DNA from: Dimargaris cristalligena
Lineage: Eukaryota
Reading direction: 5' to 3'
Assembly (NCBI GenBank): GCA_003614675.1
Contig: ML002294.1
Span: 1-46,483, forward strand
DNA length: 46,483 nucleotides
Shown: piece by piece, positions 23,490 to 34,809 of the stretch
Layout: every line of letters starts with the position of its first letter
How positions within the stretch are numbered: position 1 is the first letter of the stretch
Notes under the pieces: model-generated
What the model saw: only the letters and a program-made list of their open reading frames with translations
Told to the model about the DNA's origin: nothing
Databases searched by the model: none
Program-made: the position numbers and the translations under genes

Positions 23490-25640
23490 TTATTTCACAT
23501 GAAGACCAGGCAAGCCCACCGCTATTGCCAAAACAGATAGCGGCAATCTAATGGATTAGAAATTATAGTATAAAGACCCATATGTGTCGCTAAATTATAT
23601 TTAAATCAATAAGTTAAAAAAAAACGCCAACAGATTGCGTGGAATATTTGTAGTTACCAACATACAATTTAACAAGACTGATCGAAAGGCCAATCGACCT
23701 AGAAAATACCCCAAATACCTCTCTGACCGTCATGCACAGTCAAACTTAATATATTAGATGGTGTAGCCGTTTCGGCTAGCTAATCCAATATTTTCTATAG
23801 ATATCAAACAAAGAATTTTGTATACAGCCCCTTATTTTTCCGTAACGCCATGATGGCATTATCATAAATACGGAAAAATCCGGACCAAGGGCTTTATTAC
23901 CAGCCTTTAGCCGGTGCTGAAATTTAAGTATGGTTATTTCTAGTAACTTAACATTTTTCACCTAAATGACATTTCCAATATATAAAATGACTTCCTGCTG
24001 TCGAAATCAGTTATGTATCACTAAAAGATATTGCACTTATAATTTATTAAAATTACATTTAACCTACTCTTTAGCAGGCACCACGGAGATCAGGATCACT
24101 CGGTGGCTATAATATTGCCGGTCCGGTCTGCCCCGGTGAGGGTGGACTTCCGGTCGAATGCTGGGTAATCCCTCTAAATAAAGTGAGGATTCCCAGTTGC
24201 ATCCTGGTTGGGGTGACTGAAAGGTATAGTTTCCTGCATTGTTGCAGGGGGAGACCTGTATGTCTTTAGATAGGCAGCCGGTGAAAGGATGAGAATAGGC
24301 CCTAGTGAAGCCATAGAAAAAGGGGGAGATGGAATAGGACACATGTATGTAAAAAAGCTGGATGAATAAAGGTTCATAACGATGGGGTGAAAGGTAGAAC
24401 TCATAATCGTTTGATGTGATTTTTTAAGGAGGGCCTCCACCAAGGTATTTATACCCGATACAACTAATGGGCAGGGCAACTGGGCGTAGTATAGGACAAC
24501 CCACTAGCCTTTCCAATGATGTCCATTTGATAGGTCTATTCCATACCCCCATTAGGGGAACAATATGCTTATTCATGATTTGTACTTGGAATGGGATAAG
24601 GGCTGGTTACCATACCAGAGTGTCCCCTTTGTCGCCTATTCAACGAGAATCGTGAATGGCTACTACCATTGTATATGCGTTATAATGGCCGCTTAGCTAG
24701 GGTTCGACACAATACACCGGGGAAGTCTGAATCCACACCTTGCGAAATCAGCTCTCGGGTTGGGGCCAGAACCAATGCTCTTGTCCGGAGGCTTCTACGA
24801 TATTTGACGTTTATAATGGCAATACAGCAAAACACCCAGTAATTCTGGATTTGTTTTTATATAAAGGTGATCAGACCCGCTGTGACGGTTAGGCCCTGCT
24901 AAATGGCTTACTTATGGATAATACGACCCTGATGGTCATTTAAATGCACTAACAATGGGCCCAGCGAGTCCCTGTCAGATTGGTTTATCTATTAATTCGA
25001 TAGTCCCGGTCCAGGAATGGTACAGCCAGCACCAATTACCATGGCCTTAATAGGAAGGACAAAGCCTACCAACGTTTAGTGATGTACCAAAGCCATAGAT
25101 GGATCGGTAATCCCTGGCAACCATGCAAATACAAATGTAATAGGTACTATACTTTCAATTGTTAGTATTGTGACTCGTCATCCGTATGTATCGAGCAAGG
25201 GAATGGTACATTCGAATGGTGCGTAGTACAGTAGCTGTGCCTTACATCTATGAATTTAATGGTATGTTAGTGTTCCAGAGAAATCTTCGCACTAGCATTG
25301 TTCCCGTGACCCTTCATAGTAACTATGTCGCTGCCTGGCCACCGTTATATGTTGGTAGGCTTCTTTGGTTGGGCAGAAGGCTTCCCCCCTATGATATTCC
25401 ACAACTTGGCTAACTTGTTAGACAGTGGAGTATTTACGTTAACACTGGTTGAATAATGGACAGGTCTTCTTCAGAAAATGATTGGCATTTAGTGGTGTAA
25501 CATGACATGAAAATTAAGGCCGTTTTGGACTAATCGGGTCTAAATCCCCAGGCTGGCGTTGTTAGCGACCGTAACCCCGAAAGACATTCCAGACCATGAC
25601 TGCCTCTAACATCCATTCACCTACTAACCTATTAGACTGG
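23490..25640. repeat. Copy 1 of a diverged ~2 kb dispersed repeat unit
   Basis: Colinear with about 26930-28560 and 39590-42350. Shared anchors include aaacaaagaatttt, gcattatcataa, ttattaaaattacatttaacctac, ttattcatgatttgtact, taagggctggttaccatacca and ctaacatc.attcacctacta. Boundaries are approximate. Confidence 0.85.
24096..24314 (-). pseudogene. 72-codon microprotein ORF, copy 1, with a premature TAG at codon 47
   Basis: MASLGPILILSPAAYLKTYRSPPATMQETIPFSHPNQDATGNPHFI*RDYPAFDRKSTLTGADRTGNIIATE*. TAG at 24174-24176 aligns with CAG in copy 3 and CTG in copy 2. Same 219-nt span as the other two copies. Confidence 0.5.
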
Positions 25641-26929
25641 TATAATTATATGTCATGAATATAATTGTAGAACCCTTTTAATAACATATATCCAACGTAT
25701 GTGGTGGTATGGTATACCAATTACTATTCCATGGATGTCAGAACTCCCTTTACATCCATCAATGACGGTATATTCTTATATCACTCTTTTGACCTGGGAC
25801 CTAAAAATCCTACTGTCTGTGATCGAAAAAAAACTACTACTTAGTCACCTTTCAAACAGTCGAATTAAATATTGTATGGGATTGCGACCTCGACCCATGT
25901 ATTATTTCATTGGTGCCTCCTCTTCTATTTGTACACACTGTTTTTTACTGTCCTTATTAGGATTCGGCACCGGGAACAGGCAGCTGTACTTTATGGTCCT
26001 GTGTACCAAACAATTAACCTTTGCACTGCAATGCCATTCATATTAAATTATTAGTAAAAAACCACGGCCATAACGAACTAAAATGGCAGGCAGTCTATGT
26101 TACGCAATCGACCCACCCCAAAACTACGGACCAAGGCAATTGTTATGACTCCTCCCCATGGTACCCGCAATTGTGTTCGACAGATACATCACTACGTAGA
26201 CCAGATATTCTATTAATTGGGGGCTACTTGTAGTCAAGGGGTGATGTAAATATCTAATAGGAAACACCTAAATACGAAGTACTAACTGACCGTAGGTGTT
26301 TAGATGGAGGTGTAGATATTATACCATGTCTGACAACACCCGGGGGAGTCAATCGGCGCTAATATGTATATGGGCCTGTTATATCAGAAGGGTTCTATCA
26401 AAGCAGTATATAACGATAGAGCGTTTAGTAATCCGATTAGGTTATCCAGCACACGCTAGTCTCCGGAGCCACTGGATATGGCTGTAACTATCCAAAACCA
26501 GGACTGCTTTCAGCACCCTTTGTTGCGGAGTATCTTGGGTATTATTGCCAAATCTACTACTCGCTGTATACTAAGCATTTATTAATATACGTAGGCTCTT
26601 GGTTTATTACCATAGAAATTGTCGCAAGTAACAAATTTAATATGATATTTATCCGTGAATAATAGCTTATGTTGAAAGTTACTAGATAAATTACTGATAG
26701 TTGAATTTCCAAAGTACTACTTATATATAGTAAATAGTTGTTCTTAACTATAAATAAAAGAATATCGCAAATCCAAAATCATTATTATGTAATCAATGGC
26801 TTTGTACAAGGATCAAGTAACGAGTTAGGTGTTAATAAGATATCTAGTGAAATCTTTATATATTTCAATACATAGTATAACTATATATTGTGATTATGTA
26901 TTACCGTCAAGTCTGTAGGAAATGCTCAG

Positions 26930-28560
26930 TAAGTGGATGCGTGGGGGTTTTTCGGGAATGAACACCTGGGTTCGTTGTGCAAGAAAAAACCAACATTCAA
27001 TCCCGACAGAACCAATAATACCATCCTGGATAGCATATATAATTGACCCAGTATTTTAACGGTATTTATAACCACTTAAGCCCACTAAGTCAGTAGTTTC
27101 CATCGAAATATACAAAGGACTCCATCCACAACCCTTACTTTATTCATACCACCACGGTGACATTATCATAACTAAGGAAATATCCAAATCAATTACTTCA
27201 TCACTGGTCTTTTTCCTATGACCGATTCTAATCATACCTATGGCTATAAACTTAACATTTATTTTCAAAACGACAACCACTGTATAAAAGTTCCATCCCG
27301 CTGTCGAATTCAATTATGTAGCGAAAAAAAATATTTTATTAAAAATACATTTAACCTACACTTCGGCAGGCACCACCGAGGTTTAGATCACTCGGTGGCT
27401 GTATTTTCACCACCCATGTCCGTCTCAAAGAGGGGATAGTTAGGTTTGTGGACGGGGTAATCCTTCAGGATGAAGGAGTAATACCCCGATGCACCCTGGT
27501 TGGGGCGACTGAAAGAAGTTGCTAACTGCATCAGTAAAGGTGACGACATGGGTGTCCTTAAATGGACGGCCAACAGAAGGGTGGTGCAAGGCCTTAATCT
27601 GGCCATAGAGAAGAGCGGAGGGGGGAGGCGGAGAGTGAAGGGGAAATAAGAGGTTTTATGCCGATAGATAAAATGTGGGATAGAGAATGGTGAATGGATA
27701 TTCCAGCATGATTTTACTTTTGGGGGAGTGATTCAACCAGCCATTTATACTGCAATCCATTGACACCGGAATCGTCTTGGTGTGGTATACAGTGACCAAC
27801 CAAACCTTAATAGGATGCTTTATTAATATGGGTGAACTTCAACCCAACTGTATAAGATTTTACACAATATGTGTATGGGATAATATGTGGGAGAATAATT
27901 TTTGACCAGTAATATTTACCTTGTCAAATGGATTATTCGTTATACAGCCTGGATGAACTTCTGCCATATGGATATTTCATTGATTTACTGGAGGGACAAT
28001 ATGTTTATTCATGATTTGTACTGGAAATGGGATAAGGGCTGGTTACCATACCAGAGTGTCCCCTTTGTCGCCTATTCAATGGATTCATGAATGACTGCTA
28101 TCATTGCATATGCATTATAATGGCTGCTTAGCTATGGTTGGGCCCAATAAACGGGCGAAATCTGAAGCCACGTCCTGTATCATCTATTCTTGGGTTAGGG
28201 CCATGGCCAGAACTCCTGACCGGGGGCTGTTACGAAATTTGGCGTTTACGACGACAATGCAGCAAAACACTCAAGATTGCTAGGCCTACTTTTACACGGA
28301 GTTGATCTGGTCGGCAGTGACAGCTAGACCCTGATAAAGAACTGGCGGTGTGGGTTATTTGGGGAAGTGGCGCCCCGCCAGTCACCACAGTGTACGACCA
28401 ACTGGTCCAGCCAAACCCTGCCAGAGTGGCTTACCTACCGAACAAACGGCTATAGACTAACCTTATAGTCGAAGCTGGAGGATTCTGTGTCACTGGGAAG
28501 AGCAGCACCACCTAGCCTTCGGTAGTGAATTATAACCATAGACACACCCGGGATCGCTGA
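26930..28560. repeat. Copy 2 (most diverged) of the ~2 kb repeat unit
   Basis: Shares the anchors cattatcataa (about 27160), aatacatttaacctac (about 27345), the near-identical block 27996-28079 and gcaaaacac (about 28262) with copies 1 and 3, in the same orientation. Boundaries are approximate. Confidence 0.8.
27388..27606 (-). CDS. Hypothetical 72-aa microprotein, copy 2 (intact)
   Basis: MARLRPCTTLLLAVHLRTPMSSPLLMQLATSFSRPNQGASGYYSFILKDYPVHKPNYPLFETDMGGENTATE*. TATAAAT about 143 nt upstream of the ATG, AATAAA about 48 nt after the stop, and gap-free alignment to copies 1 and 3. Confidence 0.5.
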   Translation of the reverse strand: MARLRPCTTLLLAVHLRTPMSSPLLMQLATSFSRPNQGASGYYSFILKDYPVHKPNYPLFETDMGGENTATE

Positions 28561-29049
28561 TACCCCCCCCAAAGTGTAATTGGTATATATCGAGCAGCCT
28601 TATTATGGTTGGACATTACTAGTCACTACTATAGTGTGCTAATACAGTATGATATAAAACCAACCCAATTACACACGATCTTATGATAGACATATGGGAA
28701 TAAAACCAGTCAATTTTTGTTTTGTCTCCTAAATACTCGCTTATTCAACCCGGGCTTTTATTATACACCCAGAACGAGTTTCACCCACATTTGGATTCAT
28801 TGCTATAGTTGAGTGCCTACTTTGAATAGTAGTAATGATCAATTACCGAGTGCTCTGAAGTCATGGCTGATCTTTTATTATCTACATGTATAGTAAATAT
28901 CATTCGAAGTTGAATTGTAGCATCTCTATATATCTTTTCACTAGCACCTGCTAATAAGTACAAAGTGCATTCGGCTAATCAGCACTTGACCAACTGGCCG
29001 TAGTGTGGGTTGGTTAAACGAGGAAACCGAGTCGTGGGGTCTAGCCTAC

Positions 29050-31499
29050 CTACGAGCGCCACACAAAAAAGTAATGGGTCTTACCGACTCGTAATACACA
29101 GAGTCGCTCCTGAAGCAAATCCGTCTTGAGGTCAAAGGGTCGGTTGCGGATATCCGCCTGACGCGCCTGGTTCAAGTAGAATCCGCCTGATTTGGCAAGT
29201 CGAATGGCTTCCGACTTCGACTTACAGGCACCAACCCTTACCGCTAGGTCAGGTAGGGTCATGGACTGCAACTCCGCGTCAGAAAGGGCAAAGAATCGCC
29301 CCCGATCTCCGACGAAGGCGTCATGGACATCTTGAACGTTAAGAGTGGCCAAATCAAGGGGCTCGCCAAAGAGTAGTCGTGTGGCAATTTGGGCGTTACG
29401 TAAGCCAGTAGCTACAAGCAAGAAAGAACGTGAATTCGCCATTGGTTGGTTAGTTGCTAGTTCAACTTGCTCTCTAATAACGTTGGGTACCTATTTAAAT
29501 AACTGTCTAAAGAACCCACCCATGTACCGCAAGTGTGGTGGATTAGCAGTCAAATACCTATACATGTTTTATGATACTAAAGTTGATACTTACCCCCATG
29601 AATAAGTTGAGTTACTTGGTTGGCCAGTATGGTTTGGGCATGGCGCAGTTCCGGATTGGCCTGTTTGATTTAATATACCGAAATGTACGTGGTTTAATAA
29701 AAAGGTTCAGACTCATGGGTTATTTAATCAGTATATATCATAAGGTAGAAGGAGATTAAGACCATTTGAAATAGAAGAAACCGAGGGCGTTACTCGACAA
29801 GTACTGGATTTATAATTCAGATAAAGATACACTTACATTGTGTGTGGTGATGATTCGATCAATTTCAGCTAGAGGGATAAACGTGAATAGCCGCAAGTAC
29901 TTGGCGACCTCGCTATCTGGAGTTCGAACAAAAAACTACGATAGATCAGCCGCCGGAAAAATAATTGAAAATATATAAGCCCGATCCAGTCAAGGTGTTA
30001 GTGAGCTAGCAGAAATATTAGACCATGGCTGTGTCTGGGACTATAACATCGTATTAAGATGGTACAGTCCCACTGAGACGAAGTGTGAAAGCAATTCCCT
30101 CGAAAACACTCGGGATCTGGTCAATAAGAATCATGCGGTTATAAATGTACATTGGCAGCGCCCTGATCATATTAAGCAACTAACCTGGTAAAAATCGTAA
30201 ACTGTGGTCATTTGGGAATCCAACCAAACGGCATTACCGGCGGATTTGCCGAATTTCTCTCCAGTGGGGGTGGTTAGCAACGGGAACGTAATCCCGTAAG
30301 CTTCCCGACCGGATGTATCCGGCCCAATCGGTTCCGACTTCGGATCGGGGCTTGGTTCGACTAGTGGCCCTCGCTCTTTTAATTTTTCAACTAGTCCGCT
30401 AACCGCCTTGGGATCCATTTTGTGAATAAGCTCGATCCCAGCGGTGATATTGCCCCATTGGTCACTTCCTCCAATCTATAAATAGGAGGGATGCAATAAT
30501 AGGGAAGGTGTGGTGTTATAATGGGTATATATTATTGTAGCTCAAGGGGTCTTGAGTCCAAATCCGGGCATTTGAAACGGTACTTCAACAATGTAGACTA
30601 TGGACAGCCACCACTTACCTGGATGAAGCAGTTTCGGAAATTGTACAGATACCAAAAGTCCATCGCCTGGAGTAGCTGGTAGGAAAACTCCGTAAAGCTA
30701 AGGCCCTGATCGGAGTTGATCCGGGCTTTGACGCTTTCCCGCATCATCATGGGTCCGATCCGCATATATTTACCCACGCTAGACAAAAAGTCGATGATGC
30801 TTAACGGGGCGGTCCAATCGAGGTTGTTCGTCACGGTGATGTCGGGAAGGCTAGACCGGTCCGCGCCTAGGGCCTTGCGGCTATTATCGAAAATGGCATT
30901 CAGCTGTTTGCTGATGGTGGAAACGTTGTTCCGTAATTGATCAGGGTCCAGGGCCGTTCGCTCCGACGACCGGCCGCTAGGATCACCAATGAACCCAGTG
31001 GCCCCACCAACCTAAATTCGATATTAAACCATACATAAGGTGGTAAATAAAACATGTGCAATGTTTCTGGGTTAGGACTAGTCACTGGCCATCGGGTGGG
31101 CCTAAATGCTCGGAACTGACAGGTTTAATTTAACCGGGGGTGTACGATCAAACTTACCAGAGCCGTGGTCCGATGCCCATTGCGCTGAAAGTGCAAAAGC
31201 CCCATGATGGCCAATAAATTACCGACATGCAAACTAGACGCGGTCGGGTCGATCCCCAAATAGACTGATCCGGGTTTATCAAGGCTTAACCGGGCATCCA
31301 ATGGACCGTTGGTTAGTGCGGCAATAAAGCCCCGCTCGGAAAGCGAGCGAAGGATCGGGCTGCCGTAGGTGGGTGGATCGGAGGGTGGGACGGAAGAGTG
31401 GCAGAAGTGGGTGGTTCGCAGAGTACGGACCGGCCCGAGGGAGACTGTCCAGCGCGATCGGGCTAGAGATCCAGGAACGGCGTGAATTCGACCAAGCAT
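29050..31499 (-). CDS. MSY1: Mitochondrial (bacterial-type) tyrosyl-tRNA synthetase, about 517 aa, 6 exons
   Basis: Exons 31499-31158, 31011-30619, 30475-30185, 29935-29837, 29660-29594 and 29411-29050 join in frame. [15 protein letters not shown] (HIGH-like), [55 protein letters not shown] (KMSKS-like) and a C-terminal S4-like [17 protein letters not shown]...LRVGK. The Arg/Ser-rich N-terminus resembles a presequence. Confidence 0.95.
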
Positions 31500-33081
31500 G
31501 ACGTTGTCGTATAGAGTTTAGGTGAGCGAAACTACGGTTAATGGCACAAGATAAGTGAAATGAACCAAGGTCAGGAGGAGCTATCAGTCCTACTAGGGCT
31601 GCCAGGCATGAATCCTGCAGTCTAAGCTAAATGGGGTAAGTGATGGTCCATGTAGCTTGGGACTACATTTGCTCTAAATGGGCCGCTGGTGGGACCTTCA
31701 CTTTTTACGCGATTTTACCGGACTACTAAAGAAGCCAGGACCATGCAGGTTAGCTTGGGGCACTGTACCTAATGCTACTGAATGATGATGCAGCATGGGG
31801 GATATACCAACATCCAGAGAAAACGCAAAGTACTTAATGGTTAATAATAGATCTGCAATTAAGCAGAATAGCATGGACCCAGCGACTCCTGGCCCTTATT
31901 AACCAGAAATACCCTAGTGATGCTGCCTAGTAAAATTTAATAATGGAGTGGTCGAGTCCACCCCCTAATCAGTCCCAATCAGGCCATAGTTCACCCATTC
32001 AAAGACCAAGGAGCTCAGTACTTAAACCTGTGCTTTAAATCAAGTAGACATGCCGACCATTTCAAAATAAATGCTTTTCAGGGGGGTGAATGTGTGGCCA
32101 CATGGATGGGCCAAGAGGGCACAATTGGGTTAGAGGAAATCCACGACTGGTTAAAGGAATACCTTCCTCTCTTGGGTGAATGGAGTAGAGGCAAACAGGA
32201 TCAGCCAATTTGGAGATTAAACTGGTAGGTGGCCGGTAGATGGGGTTTAATAGTCGCCAAAAGTGTGGGTCGTATTCCAAAGGGCTGGGCCATAGGTCTT
32301 CCCCCGATTACAAATCCGCCGTTGGGCCAGGCTATAATAATCCACGACCGTTTATAATGACTTCATAGTAAGAAAGTATGGCTCGGCGGCCGACGCCATT
32401 TTGTGTGATTTTAGGCCAGCAGCATTAACCAACTGAACTTTTATGCACGAGTACATGCACATTTATATAGCCAGATGGCGTGTAGAATGTATGCGGCGTT
32501 TACCTCTCGTGTCACACAGACCAATAGCCTGGGGCGAAGTACCCTTGCCCTGGACCCTTTTCTTCCCTACTTTATTTCCTTTTGCCAACCAATTCCCTCC
32601 AGGCCACTGTTTCGAAAGCACCCGTCATTTCCCTTGGTCTATTGTCCCCACAGTTGAATTGTTAGTATTCTGAGTGTCGCTTGTAAAAGAACGGCCGTTG
32701 TTATAATTATATTGTTCGGAGCCCTGGTCCTTCGGCCTTACCTGCCACTCTTCCCTGTACCAGAACGTCGATTGATGGGTCCTTGATTAACCCAGCGTCG
32801 CCCGAGTTTCCTTTACTCTCCCCAACCTCTTCGCGAGATCCTGGCTGCTACCGAAAGTCACTTATATTAACTGGCTTGTTCAACCTGCCTCAGGTGTAAC
32901 TCTCTCCCTATTTTTTTTTGTATACCATCCCGTAGTTTTGGCGAACCCCCATTTTCCCGTTCGACTCCGCCACTATTAATATTAACCTGCCATCCCCTCC
33001 CCCATTCTTGGCACTCTAGCATTCTTCCATTCCAATATCACGGCTTTCCGGTTATCCCTTTCCATCACTGTCCGCCACGCC

Positions 33082-34809
33082 ATGGGCGCTGTACTCTCCC
33101 TATTCCGCGGGTCGGGCGACACCGACTACGAACAGGTCCTCGCCGACCTCGACGAAAAAATCCACCGGGCCCAGACCAACCTGGCCGAAATAAAGCTGCG
33201 TGAGAAGAAATGGGTCGTGGTCTTTCTAATCTACTCGATGTTCGGTTACGCCGTCTACGCCATGGTATTTTACGCCTACCTGAATCAGCCCCACGAACCC
33301 TTGCAGACGTGGCTGTATCAGTTCGCCCCCATACCCTTGGGCCCATTGGTCATTTTCTACTCCCGGCGGCTGATCCAGCTGTGGTACCGGCGGCGTCAGG
33401 CCAGCCAGGAAGCCTATATTGTGTCCCTGAAGGAAAAGCAGCGGACCAAAGTGGAGGAGCTGAAGAAGAAGACCGCTTATTATTCGACCCGGAACCTCCT
33501 CGAACGGTACGACGTGACCAACAAGCCGCCCGTTAACCCTGACGCCCAGCGTGCGGCTAAAAACCTGGGCCTGGCGGGTGGTCCGAATGGCCCGGCCGGC
33601 AAACGGCCCCCCATGTCTAGTCCCGCGGCCAACTTGCGTCAACGGCACCCTACCGCCGGACACCCCCTCCCCCCGGCCACTACTCGGCCTAACGGCGGTG
33701 CCCCGGGCGTTCAGCTTCCCCCCACTTCCCCTCGAAATCCTTCTAGTCCGCCCGCCTCAGGCCTTGGTCCCCAGGCTGGTGGTCCCATGAATCGCCCCGT
33801 TAACTCGGTTTCTTTCCCGCCGCGTGGTCCCCCCGGGTCATTTGCCGGCCCCCATCTCCCACCCAACAGCGCCTCCCCCATGTCCCGCCCTTGGTACGAC
33901 AAATTGGTTGATAAGATTGTAGGTGACGAAGGCCCCGAAACCAAATACGCTTTGATCTGCCGGAACTGCTTCGCTCACAATGGCCTGGCCCTACCCGAAG
34001 AAATCCAATCGATCCAATACGTGTGCCCCAAATGCGGGTTTTTCAACGGTAAAAAGGGGGCGCTGCCGCCCGCTTTGCTGGGCCCTAAACGCACCGGTCC
34101 CCGGCATTCGATGGCCGGCCCCATGATGGGTAGCGGACGTCCTCTGTCGCCTCCCAATGTCACCCACAATTCTAATAACGAATCGGCGGTAGATAGCCCG
34201 TCGGCCCAGAATAAGTCCGACCATCTGCGTGCGGAATACCTGCGGCGCCAAACGATGCCTGCCCATCTTCTCAAGAAATCGGCCCTTACATCCGCCATAT
34301 CACCCGATAGTGACGACCACAGCGATGCTGCTTCGCATAGTGGCTCGGATTCGGATCGCTCGGTCTCGGATCAAAGCCAAAGTGGGCCCAACCCCCAGTC
34401 GACCCGTCGCCGTACCCATACCGTGTCTGAGCACACCGATACCGATGATGATGATGTGGAATACGCCTCGATGAACAATGGCCTTCGAATCGGCAATATC
34501 ACCACCCGTCGCTCGTCCGGTGCCACACCTAACCCCCATGTGGTTAAAAAGGAATCCCTGTCTTCTCCGACCGGTTCCTTGGGAGAGCACCCAAGTGATA
34601 CCGAAGGCCCCAGCTTGAAGGAGAAGGCGGATGGCTGTGACCACCCAGCTCCCGAGAGTGACCGTGCTGTTCCGATCAACGAAACAACCGGTAACCAATC
34701 GCTGCCTGTTGAGGGCGAGGTTTCCCATACTGACCATACCAGTGATAACGTATCGCAAACTTCATCTCGCCGTCAACGGACTCCCCGGAAACGGCGCAGC
34801 AAAAAATAA
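33082..34809 (+). CDS. LNP1: Lunapark (ER three-way junction protein), 575 aa, single exon
   Basis: MG start (myristoylation-type), coiled coil, two TM helices, LKEKQRTKVEELKKKTAYYSTRNLLERYD, WYDKLVDKIVGDE and the zinc finger KYALICRNCFAHNGLA...YVCPKCGFFN. Confidence 0.93.
   Translation: MGAVLSLFRGSGDTDYEQVLADLDEKIHRAQTNLAEIKLREKKWVVVFLIYSMFGYAVYAMVFYAYLNQPHEPLQTWLYQFAPIPLGPLVIFYSRRLIQLWYRRRQASQEAYIVSLKEKQRTKVEELKKKTAYYSTRNLLERYDVTNKPPVNPDAQRAAKNLGLAGGPNGPAGKRPPMSSPAANLRQRHPTAGHPLPPATTRPNGGAPGVQLPPTSPRNPSSPPASGLGPQAGGPMNRPVNSVSFPPRGPPGSFAGPHLPPNSASPMSRPWYDKLVDKIVGDEGPETKYALICRNCFAHNGLALPEEIQSIQYVCPKCGFFNGKKGALPPALLGPKRTGPRHSMAGPMMGSGRPLSPPNVTHNSNNESAVDSPSAQNKSDHLRAEYLRRQTMPAHLLKKSALTSAISPDSDDHSDAASHSGSDSDRSVSDQSQSGPNPQSTRRRTHTVSEHTDTDDDDVEYASMNNGLRIGNITTRRSSGATPNPHVVKKESLSSPTGSLGEHPSDTEGPSLKEKADGCDHPAPESDRAVPINETTGNQSLPVEGEVSHTDHTSDNVSQTSSRRQRTPRKRRSKK

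Noticed and set aside
24064-24342. Alternative 92-aa frame (MSYSISP...VVPAKE) over microprotein copy 1
   Set aside because: This frame contains stops in copies 2 and 3, whereas the MA...ATE frame keeps its start, stop and length in all three.
27355-27400. Hairpin read as a Helitron 3' end or a tracrRNA-like GGCACCGAG stem
   Set aside because: There is no CTRR terminus and homology continues for hundreds of bp beyond it. There is no CRISPR array or Cas/Fanzor ORF in the window.
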